Below are positions 16,556 to 26,029 of a DNA stretch of 35,682 nt, one piece after another. The stretch covers positions 95,934 through 131,615 of IMG/VR virus record IMGVR_UViG_3300028591_000112. One strand, written 5' to 3'. The stretch comes from a virus. Its lineage: Duplodnaviria; Heunggongvirae; Uroviricota; Caudoviricetes. Under the pieces are notes generated by a model. The model had not been told where the DNA came from. It saw only the letters and a list, made by a program, of their open reading frames with translations, and ran no database searches. The translations under genes and the position numbers were made by a program. Numbering within the stretch: the first letter of the stretch is position 1; each line of letters opens with the position of its first letter.

Positions 16556-17443
16556 ATGGCAAACACAGAAATATTTAAAATTTTATCTAATTATAAAAAA
16601 ATATTAGAAGAAAAAGGTTATAATGTTATTTATATTGGTTTATATGGTAGTCAAAATTATAACTTAAATGATGAAAAGAGTGATATTGATGTAAAGGCTA
16701 TTATTCTTCCAACTTTACATGATATTATTTTTAGAAAAGTTACAAGCACTACTATTGAATGTCAGCAAGGAAATATTGACGTTAAAGATTTATTAACTTT
16801 CTATGATGTAATTAAAAAAGGAAATTTTAGTTATATAGAAAGTATTCAAACTAAATATTCAATTGGAGATAAATATATAAAAGAATTATTTAGTCAATTT
16901 GAAGTCAATAAAAAAAGTATTTTAGGAGCTATGTATGAAAAAAGAAAAGCATTAACTCATGCATATCCAAGTAAAGTTCAAGAATTTGAACAATGGGGAT
17001 TCGATCCGAAACAACATCATCATATTTTAAGATTATATGATTTACTTGCATATAATTATGAATATGGAGCTAATAAAAGTTTTTTAACTTATATAGATGG
17101 TTCAGAAAGACAACAAGAATTAATTGCATATAAAAGAAATGCAAACAACATAATGAAAGATATTATTGAAAAAGATAGTGATGAAATTATTGAAAAAGCA
17201 AAAGAATTAATTGAAGATGATTATTCTTTTGAAATTATTAATATAGATGAAGAAATTAATGCTTATATTGAAAATAAAATAAAATTAGAAGTAAATAATA
17301 CATCAGTTTCATATGCTAGACAAATTAGAACTTTTGATAACGATATTCCAAAAGGAGATTTAAAAAAATTCCCTGCTTTAGAAAAATATCAAGGACAAGA
17401 TATTTCTTATATAGTATATGAAAGCATAGAAATATTAAATTAA
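16556..17443 (+). CDS. Pol-beta superfamily nucleotidyltransferase
   Basis: YIGLYGSQNYNLNDEKSDIDVKAI = hGS...DxD motif. Confidence 0.85.
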   Translation: MANTEIFKILSNYKKILEEKGYNVIYIGLYGSQNYNLNDEKSDIDVKAIILPTLHDIIFRKVTSTTIECQQGNIDVKDLLTFYDVIKKGNFSYIESIQTKYSIGDKYIKELFSQFEVNKKSILGAMYEKRKALTHAYPSKVQEFEQWGFDPKQHHHILRLYDLLAYNYEYGANKSFLTYIDGSERQQELIAYKRNANNIMKDIIEKDSDEIIEKAKELIEDDYSFEIINIDEEINAYIENKIKLEVNNTSVSYARQIRTFDNDIPKGDLKKFPALEKYQGQDISYIVYESIEILN

Positions 17444-17499
17444 TTTTAAAAATAAATTGATTTTATTAAAAAATTATTATATAATATATATGTAATAAA

Positions 17500-17820
17500 G
17501 AAAAAGAAGGCACTAGGGAAGCGAACCCTGCCACTACCAAAATTAGATACGATTTGCGGATTTAATGATTATCAAATCATTAAAACGCTAGAGTAAGCCC
17601 TATATTTTTATATAGGTGGCGAGAAATCCTTGCGCGGGAGCAATCTTTTTGAGGCGTCGTGTGTACAAAAAACACTGGTTGCAACATATATAATCTATAC
17701 TTTTATAGTGTAGATTGACTGTGGGCCTCAGGCACAGGATAAATATGGGCGAGGTAGAGTCTTAAGGTAATAGCAGTATCCGTGGGTAGACGGCTTTAGG
17801 AGAACTCAAAAACTGCTTTT
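17500..17820 (+). ncRNA. Putative structured ncRNA (~320 nt)
   Basis: Promoter TTGATT(17457)-17-TATAAT; no ORF; helices tttaatgatt/aatcattaaa, aatctatac/gtgtagatt, gccac/gtggc, agcagt/actgct. Confidence 0.55.
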
Positions 17821-17825
17821 TATAT

Positions 17826-17943
17826 ATCAGGTCGGAACTGGTGTTGATGGACTTATTGAAATAGTATAAGACATAGGGTTTGATTCCCCCGATAAATACC
17901 TTTAAAAGATTTTAAAGCAAGGTTCGATTCCTTTCTACCTGAT
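17826..17943 (+). ncRNA. tRNA-like RNA with two T-arm motifs
   Basis: atcaggt/acctgat closing stem; ggg-tttgatt-ccc and aagg-ttcgatt-cctt. Confidence 0.5.
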
Positions 17944-18036
17944 GGTAAAAATCTTAATTTTTATTATTTTTAGTTATATTATATACTAATATAACTATAT
18001 TATATGTATACATATATTAATTAGGTTACGACCAAT

Positions 18037-18230
18037 CCTGCACCTAAATGACAAAACGCGGGAGACCGTTTGGGTAAACATGATGCCAGCCAACGGGGAA
18101 GAAAATGTACCTACGCGGAGCGGGTTATAGCAGACCTCCGCCGTTGAAAAAGCCGTCCTATTGCTGTAGAAGGTTAGTCAGCCGAAATAGGAGAGCCAAT
18201 ATACCTCAAAAAGTATATTAATATTGCAGG
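18037..18230 (+). ncRNA. Putative structured ncRNA (~195 nt)
   Basis: cctgca/tgcagg, aaacg/cgttt, caacgg/ccgttg, gcggag/ctccgc, tcctatt/aatagga; terminator follows. Confidence 0.55.
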
Positions 18231-18382
18231 GCAGGTATCTGTCCTTTTTTGATTTTATAAAATAATTATGATATAATATTATTAATATAGAAAGAAGGTA
18301 GTTTATATGATAAATCCAAAAACTTGGTCAAGTTTAAAGATTTAACATAAATTATTTTTAATATATATTAGGAGGAGATATA

Positions 18383-19153
18383 ATGGCAAAAGCGATTGAT
18401 TTAACGAATCAAAGATTTGGGAAACTTCTAGTGTTAGAAAGAGATTATGAAGAAGCAAAAAAACATCCTAATGAAAGACAGGCTTGATGGAAATGTCAAT
18501 GTGATTGTGGAACTATAAAATCTTATAGAGCATCAGTTATAAAAAAAGCAACATCTTGTGGATGTGAAAAATATACAAATAAAAAACCTTTAACAGAAGA
18601 ATGGAAACGACATATTAGTGAAGGATTAAAAAATACGAATAAGAGAAAACCTATTCATAAAAGTCCTTTAAATTTAATTGGACAAAGATTTGGTTTGCTC
18701 ACTGTTTTAGAAGAAACAGATATTAGAAAAGGAAAATGTGTTGTATGAAAATGTAAATGCGATTGTGGAAATATAACTTATGTAATAAGTAATTCTTTAA
18801 CTAAAGGAGATACAAAATCATGTGGATGTATAAAATCTTATGGAGAATCGAAAATAGGGAAGATATTAAATGAAAATAATATTCCCTTTGAAAAAGAAAA
18901 ACAATTTGATAGTTGTAGATTCCCAGATACAAATAAAATGGCAAGATTTGATTTTTATGTAAATAATAAATATATTATTGAATTTGATGGAAAACAGCAT
19001 TTTGAAATTAATAATTTTTTTGAACAGTCATTAAAAGAAATTCAAGCTCATGATAAATTCAAAAATGAATGGTGTAAAAATAATAATATTCCTATTATTA
19101 GAATACCTTATTACAAAATAAATAATTTAACAATAGAAGATTTAATATTATAA
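18383..19153 (+). CDS. Free-standing homing-type endonuclease with two WxCxCDCG repeats and C-terminal Vsr/DUF559-like domain (code 4, 256 aa)
   Basis: DLTNQRFGKLLV...W-KCQCDCG...SCGC unit twice; RFDFYV..IIEFDGKQH; two in-frame TGA. Confidence 0.85.
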
Positions 19154-19167
19154 AGGAGGAGATTGAT

Positions 19168-20382
19168 ATGTTAAATATAAAAGGAGGACGCGAACTTGCT
19201 TATGTAGTTAATATAGATAAAATTGAACCAATAGTAGGTTCAGATAATTGTGAATGTGCTATTGTAGGCGGATGGCGTATAATGGTTCGTAAAAATACAT
19301 TCAAAGAAGGAGATAAAGCTGTCTATTTTGAAATTGATTCAAAATTACCTGAAACAGTAGAATGGTCTCAATTTTTAATTAAAAAGCATTATAGAGTAAA
19401 AACTCAAAAATATACTTTTGGTGGTGCGGGAAATTTTATTTCTCAAGGTTTATTAATGTCTTTTGCAGATTTTGGTTGGGATAATGAACAATATCAAGTT
19501 GGAGATTTTTTAACTGAAATATTAGGAATAACTTATGCTATTGCAGACGATAATAAAAGAAAAGCAGAAGTAGATAAATATACTAGAATGAAACAAAGAC
19601 ATTATGAATTATTTAGAAAAAATAAATTAATTCAATGGTTATTTAAAAGAACTTGGGGTAAAAAATTATTATTTATCTTTTTAGGTAAAAAAAGAGATAG
19701 TGCTAGCGGATGGCCAGTTGGAAAATTCCCAGGGGTAGCTAAAACGGATCAAGAGAGATGTGAAAATATGACTTGGGTTTTAGAAGATAAAACTCCATAT
19801 ATAGTAACTCAAAAATGTGATGGTTCATCTGGTACTTTCATATTAGAAAGAAAACATTTAGGTAAATATGAATTTTATGTTTGTAGTAGAAATGTAAGAA
19901 TGTTTAAACCAGAACAAACATGCTTTTATGGAGATAATAATTATTATTGGGATGTTGCTATTAAATATAATATAGAAGAAAAAATGAAAAAATATTTACA
20001 AGAAAATAAAGATATTAATTTTGTTTGCTGGCAAGGAGAAATATGTGGACCTAATATTCAAAATAATCCGCATAAATTACAAGAATTACATTTATTTTGC
20101 TTTCATATGACAGATAGTAAAAATGGTAGATATGATATCCGCGAAGCTAAAAAAATATGGGATAAATATGAAATGGAAACTGTTCCTATTGTAGATACAA
20201 ATTTTATTTTACCTGATGATTTTGAAGAATTTAAAAAACAAGCAGATGGATTATATGATGCTTCTGTTTGTGAAGGTAATGAAAATTGTGTAAGAGAAGG
20301 TTTTGTATATTACAAGACTACAGATCCAACTTTCTCATTTAAAAATGTATCAAGAGAATACTTAATTGGAAAAGGCGAATAG
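19168..20382 (+). CDS. ATP-dependent RNA ligase, DRB0094/Rnl2-like
   Basis: RELAYVV...VYFEIDS N-domain; motif I TQKCDGS, VCSRN, QGEICG, REGFV, SFKNVSREYL. Confidence 0.92.
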   Translation: MLNIKGGRELAYVVNIDKIEPIVGSDNCECAIVGGWRIMVRKNTFKEGDKAVYFEIDSKLPETVEWSQFLIKKHYRVKTQKYTFGGAGNFISQGLLMSFADFGWDNEQYQVGDFLTEILGITYAIADDNKRKAEVDKYTRMKQRHYELFRKNKLIQWLFKRTWGKKLLFIFLGKKRDSASGWPVGKFPGVAKTDQERCENMTWVLEDKTPYIVTQKCDGSSGTFILERKHLGKYEFYVCSRNVRMFKPEQTCFYGDNNYYWDVAIKYNIEEKMKKYLQENKDINFVCWQGEICGPNIQNNPHKLQELHLFCFHMTDSKNGRYDIREAKKIWDKYEMETVPIVDTNFILPDDFEEFKKQADGLYDASVCEGNENCVREGFVYYKTTDPTFSFKNVSREYLIGKGE

Positions 20383-20439
20383 CCTTTTTTATTGTTTTTT
20401 TAATTATTTTATGATATAATATTTATATAAGAAAGGAAA

Positions 20440-20637
20440 ATGTATATGGAAACAATAAAATATTTAATTAAAACTATTGCAGTGTGTTTGCTATTCTTCT
20501 TATTTATTCTTATGATGCATAACGCAGCTCGTAATATAAATAAAAATCAAATAGAACACTGCAAAAGAAATGGCGGATATGTTGTTCTTGGACAACATGA
20601 CTGGTTTGAAAGTTGTATATATGAAATAGAAAAATAA
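20440..20637 (+). CDS. Small membrane protein
   Basis: Promoter, RBS, one hydrophobic helix. Confidence 0.65.
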   Translation: MYMETIKYLIKTIAVCLLFFLFILMMHNAARNINKNQIEHCKRNGGYVVLGQHDWFESCIYEIEK

Positions 20638-20655
20638 AAAGGAGAGGAATAAAAT

Positions 20656-20913
20656 ATGAGAAAGTTATTTAGAAAAATTACATTAAGAAAATTTGCAAAT
20701 TGTTTAGATGAAAAAACATATAATGATTTTATGGAAATACGTGGTTTTTTAGTTATTTACAAAAATCATACTTGGGTTCGTGCAATGGATACCATTGAAT
20801 TAAAAATGATAATAGAAAAAGATGCTGATAAAATAGAATGTATTTTTGCAGATATAGATAAAATAAAATTAGACACAAAAATAATTATAGATACTGATAA
20901 AATAGAAAAATAA
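20656..20913 (+). CDS. Hypothetical protein
   Basis: GGAGAGG RBS. Confidence 0.7.
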   Translation: MRKLFRKITLRKFANCLDEKTYNDFMEIRGFLVIYKNHTWVRAMDTIELKMIIEKDADKIECIFADIDKIKLDTKIIIDTDKIEK

Positions 20914-20929
20914 AAAGGAGATGATTATT

Positions 20930-22129
20930 ATGACAAATGTAAAAATATTTACAGATAATATAGAGGGCGAAGCATTAAATCAAATATATACTTTAGCTAA
21001 ATTACCTGCATTTGATAATGCAAAAATTCGTATTATGCCAGATGTTCATGCGGGAGCTGGATGTGTGATAGGTTTTACTGCGGATTTAGGTAATAAAGTA
21101 ATTCCTAATATTGTTGGAGTGGATATTGGATGCGGAATGCGCGTTATAAAACTAGGAAATATAGATATAGACTTCGAAAAGCTAGATCGAATCATCCGTG
21201 AGCAGGTTCCCGCAGGTCATGAAGTTCATAATAAAATCTCTTTAGAAATAGATAAAAAATATATAGATAAATTGATATGTAAAAAAGCATTAAGAGATAA
21301 AGACCGTTTAATGGCATCTCTTGGAACTTTAGGTGGCGGAAATCATTTTATAGAAATAGATAAAGATGATGAAGGCTGTAAATATTTAGTAATTCATACA
21401 GGTTCTCGTAATTTAGGAAAACAAGTTGCAGAAATTTATCAAAATCAAGCAATTATGAATTTATCTCCTAAAAAAGATTATTCTAAATTATCTCAAGAAT
21501 TAATTTCTACATATATACAACAAGGAAGACAAACTGAAATACAACTTGCTCTTGCAAAATTACGTTCTGACCTTGATACATTACAACCTAAGATACCTAA
21601 AGAATTAAGTTATCTTGAGGGGGCAGCAAGAGAAAATTATCTATTTGATATGAACATATGCCAAGAATTTGCTGTTGCTAATAGAGAAAAAATTGCAAAT
21701 ATAATTTGTACTGAAATGAATTGGAATAAAATAGAAGAATTTGAGTCTATTCATAACTATATTTCTTTTAAAGATAATATTGTTAGAAAAGGAGCTATTT
21801 CCGCATATAAAGGACAAAAAGTAATTATCCCAATGAATATGCGTGATGGTTGTATAATAGGAATTGGAAAAGGAAACTCAGACTGGAATCAATCTGCTCC
21901 ACATGGAGCTGGAAGAATCATGTCACGAGCTGCCGCAAAATCTTCAATTAAACTACAAGATTATGAAAAATCTATGCAAGGTATATGGACTTCTACTGTA
22001 AATGAATCAACTATAGACGAGTCTGCATTTGCATATAAACCAATGTTAGAAATAATTGATAACATAAAAGATACTGTTGAAATTATAAATATTATTAAAC
22101 CAATATATAATTTCAAAGCAAGTGAATAA
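20930..22129 (+). CDS. rtcB: RtcB RNA ligase
   Basis: MPDVHAG, VGVDIGCG, GTLGGGNHFIE, HTGSR, RKGA, SAPHGAGR, DESAFAYK. Confidence 0.97.
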   Translation: MTNVKIFTDNIEGEALNQIYTLAKLPAFDNAKIRIMPDVHAGAGCVIGFTADLGNKVIPNIVGVDIGCGMRVIKLGNIDIDFEKLDRIIREQVPAGHEVHNKISLEIDKKYIDKLICKKALRDKDRLMASLGTLGGGNHFIEIDKDDEGCKYLVIHTGSRNLGKQVAEIYQNQAIMNLSPKKDYSKLSQELISTYIQQGRQTEIQLALAKLRSDLDTLQPKIPKELSYLEGAARENYLFDMNICQEFAVANREKIANIICTEMNWNKIEEFESIHNYISFKDNIVRKGAISAYKGQKVIIPMNMRDGCIIGIGKGNSDWNQSAPHGAGRIMSRAAAKSSIKLQDYEKSMQGIWTSTVNESTIDESAFAYKPMLEIIDNIKDTVEIINIIKPIYNFKASE

Positions 22130-22220
22130 TAATGGTATAACTTACCATTATTTTTTTTATTGATTTTTTTTATAAAATATATTATAATATTTATATAAAG
22201 AAAAAAGAAGGTGTATTAGT

Positions 22221-22892
22221 ATGAAAAGAGTATTAGATATAAGAGTAAGAAATGATATTGATATTTATGCAGATGTTTTAAAAGATGCTCGTTTTTTAGA
22301 TTGCGGAGCTAGTAAAACTGCATATGTAAAAGGAGAGACATGTTATAAAGTTCCTATTGGATATGAAGAATTAGATAGTAAATCTTTTACTATGTCATGT
22401 ATTTATCCTTATGAATATGAAGATTTTACTCATTTTATAGACTATGTTGTTGCAAATGAGAATCCAGCTTTAGTTTGGTCTATTGGTCAAATTGTTTTTG
22501 AAATTATGGTATGGCAACATTTATTAGAATTAAAAGATATGGGTTATGATATTTCTTGTTTTGCGGAAATAAAAGATTTTTATATTGATAAAAATGGAGT
22601 TCCTGTAATAGAGCAAGAATTTGTCCATTGTTCCCCAGAAAAAGTAAGAGAGCTTCCTTATTTAGATAGATATGAATTTGAAGATAAAAACAAATCAGTA
22701 TTATCTGCTTTAGATGATATGGGTTTTTGTTTAACTGATATTAGAGAAGGAAATATGGGATATAGTGAAGATGGTACAATAAAATGTTTTGATTTTGGAA
22801 TTTCTAGCGGATCTACTCTATATAATTATGACCCTTATGATGAATATTATGACTATAATAATAGTTGTGATGAAGATGAAGAAGAATGTTAA
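22221..22892 (+). CDS. Protein kinase-like fold protein
   Basis: LDCGASKTAY...YKVP, DIREGNMG, CFDFG = Gly loop, catalytic loop and DFG. Confidence 0.75.
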   Translation: MKRVLDIRVRNDIDIYADVLKDARFLDCGASKTAYVKGETCYKVPIGYEELDSKSFTMSCIYPYEYEDFTHFIDYVVANENPALVWSIGQIVFEIMVWQHLLELKDMGYDISCFAEIKDFYIDKNGVPVIEQEFVHCSPEKVRELPYLDRYEFEDKNKSVLSALDDMGFCLTDIREGNMGYSEDGTIKCFDFGISSGSTLYNYDPYDEYYDYNNSCDEDEEEC

Positions 22893-22909
22893 GAAAGGAG
22901 ATAGTGAAT

Positions 22910-23584
22910 ATGAGATGGTTTGTTACTGGCGATATTCATTCAGACATATGTGAAATATGGCGTTTCATTAAAAAGTTTGATTTAGGTGAAGGCGACAATA
23001 TAATTGTTTGCGGAGATTTTGGTATATTTTGGAACAAAGACCAAAGAGATGCAAGATATTTTATAAATCAATATGAAATAAATTGTAATGGCGTACATTT
23101 ATACTGGATCGACGGTAATCATGAAAACTTTGATATTATAGATAGTTGGCACGCAAAAAATAATAAACCATATGATAATAGTGAACATATTCATTATTGT
23201 CCTAGAGGATTAACAATGAATATCAACAATAAAAAAGCATTATTTATGGGCGGAGCTGATAGTATAGATAAAATAATTCGTAAAGAGGGCATATCATGGT
23301 GGCCGCAAGAACAAATTACAAAACAAGATATACAAAATATTACAGGTCATTATGATTATGTTTTTACTCATTGTTGCCCATATAATTTATTTAATGAAAA
23401 TAGAATTTATTTATGTTTTCATGGCGGAGAGTTAAGAGATATTACTCATATTTCTGAACAAAATTTACAAAAAATGTTTGACAATATTACTTTTGAACAT
23501 CATTATTTTGGACATTATCATGTAGATAAGTCATTAAATGATAAACATATGTGCCTATATAAAACTTTTATTGAATTAAAATAA
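22910..23584 (+). CDS. Calcineurin-like metallophosphoesterase
   Basis: GDIH, GDFG, GNHE, THC, GHYH motifs. Confidence 0.92.
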   Translation: MRWFVTGDIHSDICEIWRFIKKFDLGEGDNIIVCGDFGIFWNKDQRDARYFINQYEINCNGVHLYWIDGNHENFDIIDSWHAKNNKPYDNSEHIHYCPRGLTMNINNKKALFMGGADSIDKIIRKEGISWWPQEQITKQDIQNITGHYDYVFTHCCPYNLFNENRIYLCFHGGELRDITHISEQNLQKMFDNITFEHHYFGHYHVDKSLNDKHMCLYKTFIELK

Positions 23585-23650
23585 TCATATTGATTTTATT
23601 AAAAAATTATTATATAATATATATATAATAAAGGAAAGGAATTGAAAAAT

Positions 23651-23899
23651 ATGAATTATGTTGTTCTAATTGGAAGATTAAAAGAAATTCAAGAAAAACA
23701 TTTAATATTAAATGTTATTGAAAAAGATAAGAATTGAGATGTAAAATGTTATGTAGGAATTGGCTCTATGATGCAAAATGTAAGTCAATATTGTAAAAAG
23801 AATGATTTAGTTGGTATTAAAGGAAAAATTATTGAAAACAATGAAATTTTAATTGAAAAAATAACTTTCTTAAGTTCTAAAACTGAAGAAAATGAATAA
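23651..23899 (+). CDS. Short SSB-like OB-fold protein (code 4, 82 aa)
   Basis: MNYVVLIGRL...N(W)DVKCY...YCKKNDLVGIKGKI...EKITFLSSK; own promoter and RBS. Confidence 0.75.
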
Positions 23900-24074
23900 A
23901 AATTTATTGACAATTTTAAAAATTTTTGATATAATATATATACAATAAATAAAATAAAGGAAACCTTGTTGTGATAGGTGTAAAGGACAAGCAGTAGCCT
24001 GTAGATATGAGTTTGGGGCTACAAGAGAAAAGTTGATTTTTAATAAAATTTATATTATAATATTAATATAAAGA

Positions 24075-24758
24075 AAAAGGTAGGCTCTCCGCCTTAGAAA
24101 CAAAAGGGAAGCTATTTGGTAAAGGATGATGACTCTCCAGCAACCTAAAAAAGCAAATGAGTATTGAGTTTCAAAAATATATAAGAGTTTGCGAAACCCA
24201 CTGAATGAACAGGGTAATGCTTAAACAGAGGTTCTCGAGGGTATTTGCGTAATGCGAGAAACGTTTTCTACTTTTAGTAGATGTAATGCGGATAACGTTG
24301 CAAATCGTTAAAAACTACGGCAAAAAGTTCATTCACCTTTCATAAGACCACCGATTTTCGGTATGCTACTTAATAGTAGCATAGAGTAAATATAGAAAGC
24401 CGAACCGATAAGGTTGTCAAATACCAAGGGTGTTAAATTCAGTTAGTTGTTTTTGAGGTATTTGATAGGGAGCGGGAAAACAACAGGGATTTTTAAATCG
24501 TATTATTAAAGACTAATTAGTTTGATAATACAGTAGTATTTAAAAGCCAATCCTTATGTTTACTCTATGGTGCTATTAAGCACTAATAGCTCGATAAGAA
24601 CTAATATCACTTTCTTGGCGGCAACTGCCTATATTACCTAATTCTTAAACTGCTACTTAGTAGCTGAATTGTAATTAAAAGTTGTATGATTTGTAAATAA
24701 TCAGGGTGCATATAATTTGCAGAATTGAGGATAAAAAGATTATCCTGAGCCTCAATTT
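24075..24758 (+). ncRNA. Putative large structured ncRNA (~600-680 nt)
   Basis: Promoter TTGATT(24033)-17-TATAAT; no ORF; tgaatgaac/gttcattca, catagagtaaata/tgtttactctatg, tcaaatacc/ggtatttga. Confidence 0.6.
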
Positions 24759-24812
24759 ACTTATTGATTTTATTAAAAAATTATTATATAATATATATGT
24801 AATAAAGAAAAG

Positions 24813-24952
24813 ATATATATTTATTATAATATGTTTAAATGATATGGAAGAGTTTTCCACGAGAATTGGAACGAAAGATTGGGGACGCCCTGTGGTGTAA
24901 TATAGTAACACGCTTCCGAAAAACGCTTAAACATATTATAATAAATATATAT
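24813..24952 (+). ncRNA. Permuted tRNA-like domain inside a perfect 26-bp inverted repeat
   Basis: Inverted repeat 24813-24838/24927-24952; ggaag/cttcc stem; T-like arm precedes D-like arm; promoter 24764-24792. Confidence 0.6.
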
Positions 24953-25070
24953 AGGGTGCTAAAAATGCAAGAGGAAAATTTAACATGTTAAATGAGGTAG
25001 CCTAGCCAACCTGAGCTTAGTTCTCAGCTCCGACAAAAATGTACCAGCCCTGTAAATATTTATTATATAA

Positions 25071-25698
25071 TATATTAATGTTCTTTGATAATTAAAATAT
25101 TTTGAACCACTTGACAAACTTGGCTGATTTGCAAAGCTGAGGGTGGACGTCGACTTTATCTTCAAGGTTTGAGGCGGGAGTCTCAGATGGACGGAGATGC
25201 AGCAAAAGGTAACGATTGCCGCAAGATATGTTAATAGCATAAAAAGGAAGATTGATGGTGGGAATTTAATATTTAAATAAGGTACAGAAACCTGTCGTTG
25301 CAATCTTGACAGCCCAGTGGGTGTGTAGAGTAGGAGACCTGATAGCTGTGGTGGCTATAGGGTAAGGAACGTCCTATCAAGACCAATAAGCAATAGAGTG
25401 TGTCGTTGAAAGTAGAAATACTGTATAAGACGGGGAACTGGTGCGAGTAGCGGAAACCGACATATGATTTACAGAGCATTTTGAGAAAATGTCATCTTAC
25501 TAATGACAAAAAGCCTAATGCCCGTGAAAGTAGTGTATATTAACTGCATATAGCCTTGGGAGTTATCTCTGGATAAAGAAGATTGTGGGCTGATCCCCCG
25601 CATGAGGCTCTTTATTCTCTATGGACTGGAGTTTACTTATTAAATGTCTTAATGCGAGGAGCATCAGAATATTTTAGTTATTAAAGAACATTAGTATA
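25071..25698 (+). ncRNA. Putative large ornate ncRNA (~560-nt core) closed by a 35-bp helix
   Basis: 25071-25105 pairs with 25664-25698, all four non-Watson-Crick positions G-U; GC-richer, ORF-free, multi-helix interior. Confidence 0.7.
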
Positions 25699-25722
25699 AT
25701 ATATATTTAAGTATAAAAATAG

Positions 25723-25908
25723 GAGATACTGCGGTGGTGATGTTCTAACTCCTTTATCAAAAGAAACATAAAACCAGCCCCTTAAACTCGGGTGCATAAT
25801 AGAGTTTCTTTTGCTATTTAGGGGTTCTATATACAAGTTCTCCCCATAACAAAAGAATTTGTTGATATACATGCCTTTCTGGTTTGAGAAGTACCGATAT
25901 GTTATCTC
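25723..25908 (+). ncRNA. Putative structured ncRNA (~185 nt)
   Basis: gagata/tatctc, cggt/accg, aaaccag/ctggttt, acaagttct/agaatttgt. Confidence 0.45.
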
Positions 25909-26029
25909 ATATAAAACTTCTCATTGATTTTTAAAATAATTTATTATATAATATATATGTAATAAAGAAAAGATATATTTATTACAAAGTCATTTGGAAA
26001 TAAAAAAAATAGAAGGAGAGTGGATTATT

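Noticed and set aside
18045..18075. Group I intron remnant (acaaaacgcgggagacc)
   Set aside because: No P7 elements or flanking exons found
24813..25698. Retron msr-msd suggested by the long inverted repeats
   Set aside because: No reverse transcriptase in the window
24675..25872. Short track ORFs in the 24.7-25.9 kb non-coding zone
   Set aside because: No RBS, atypical composition; better explained by structured RNA
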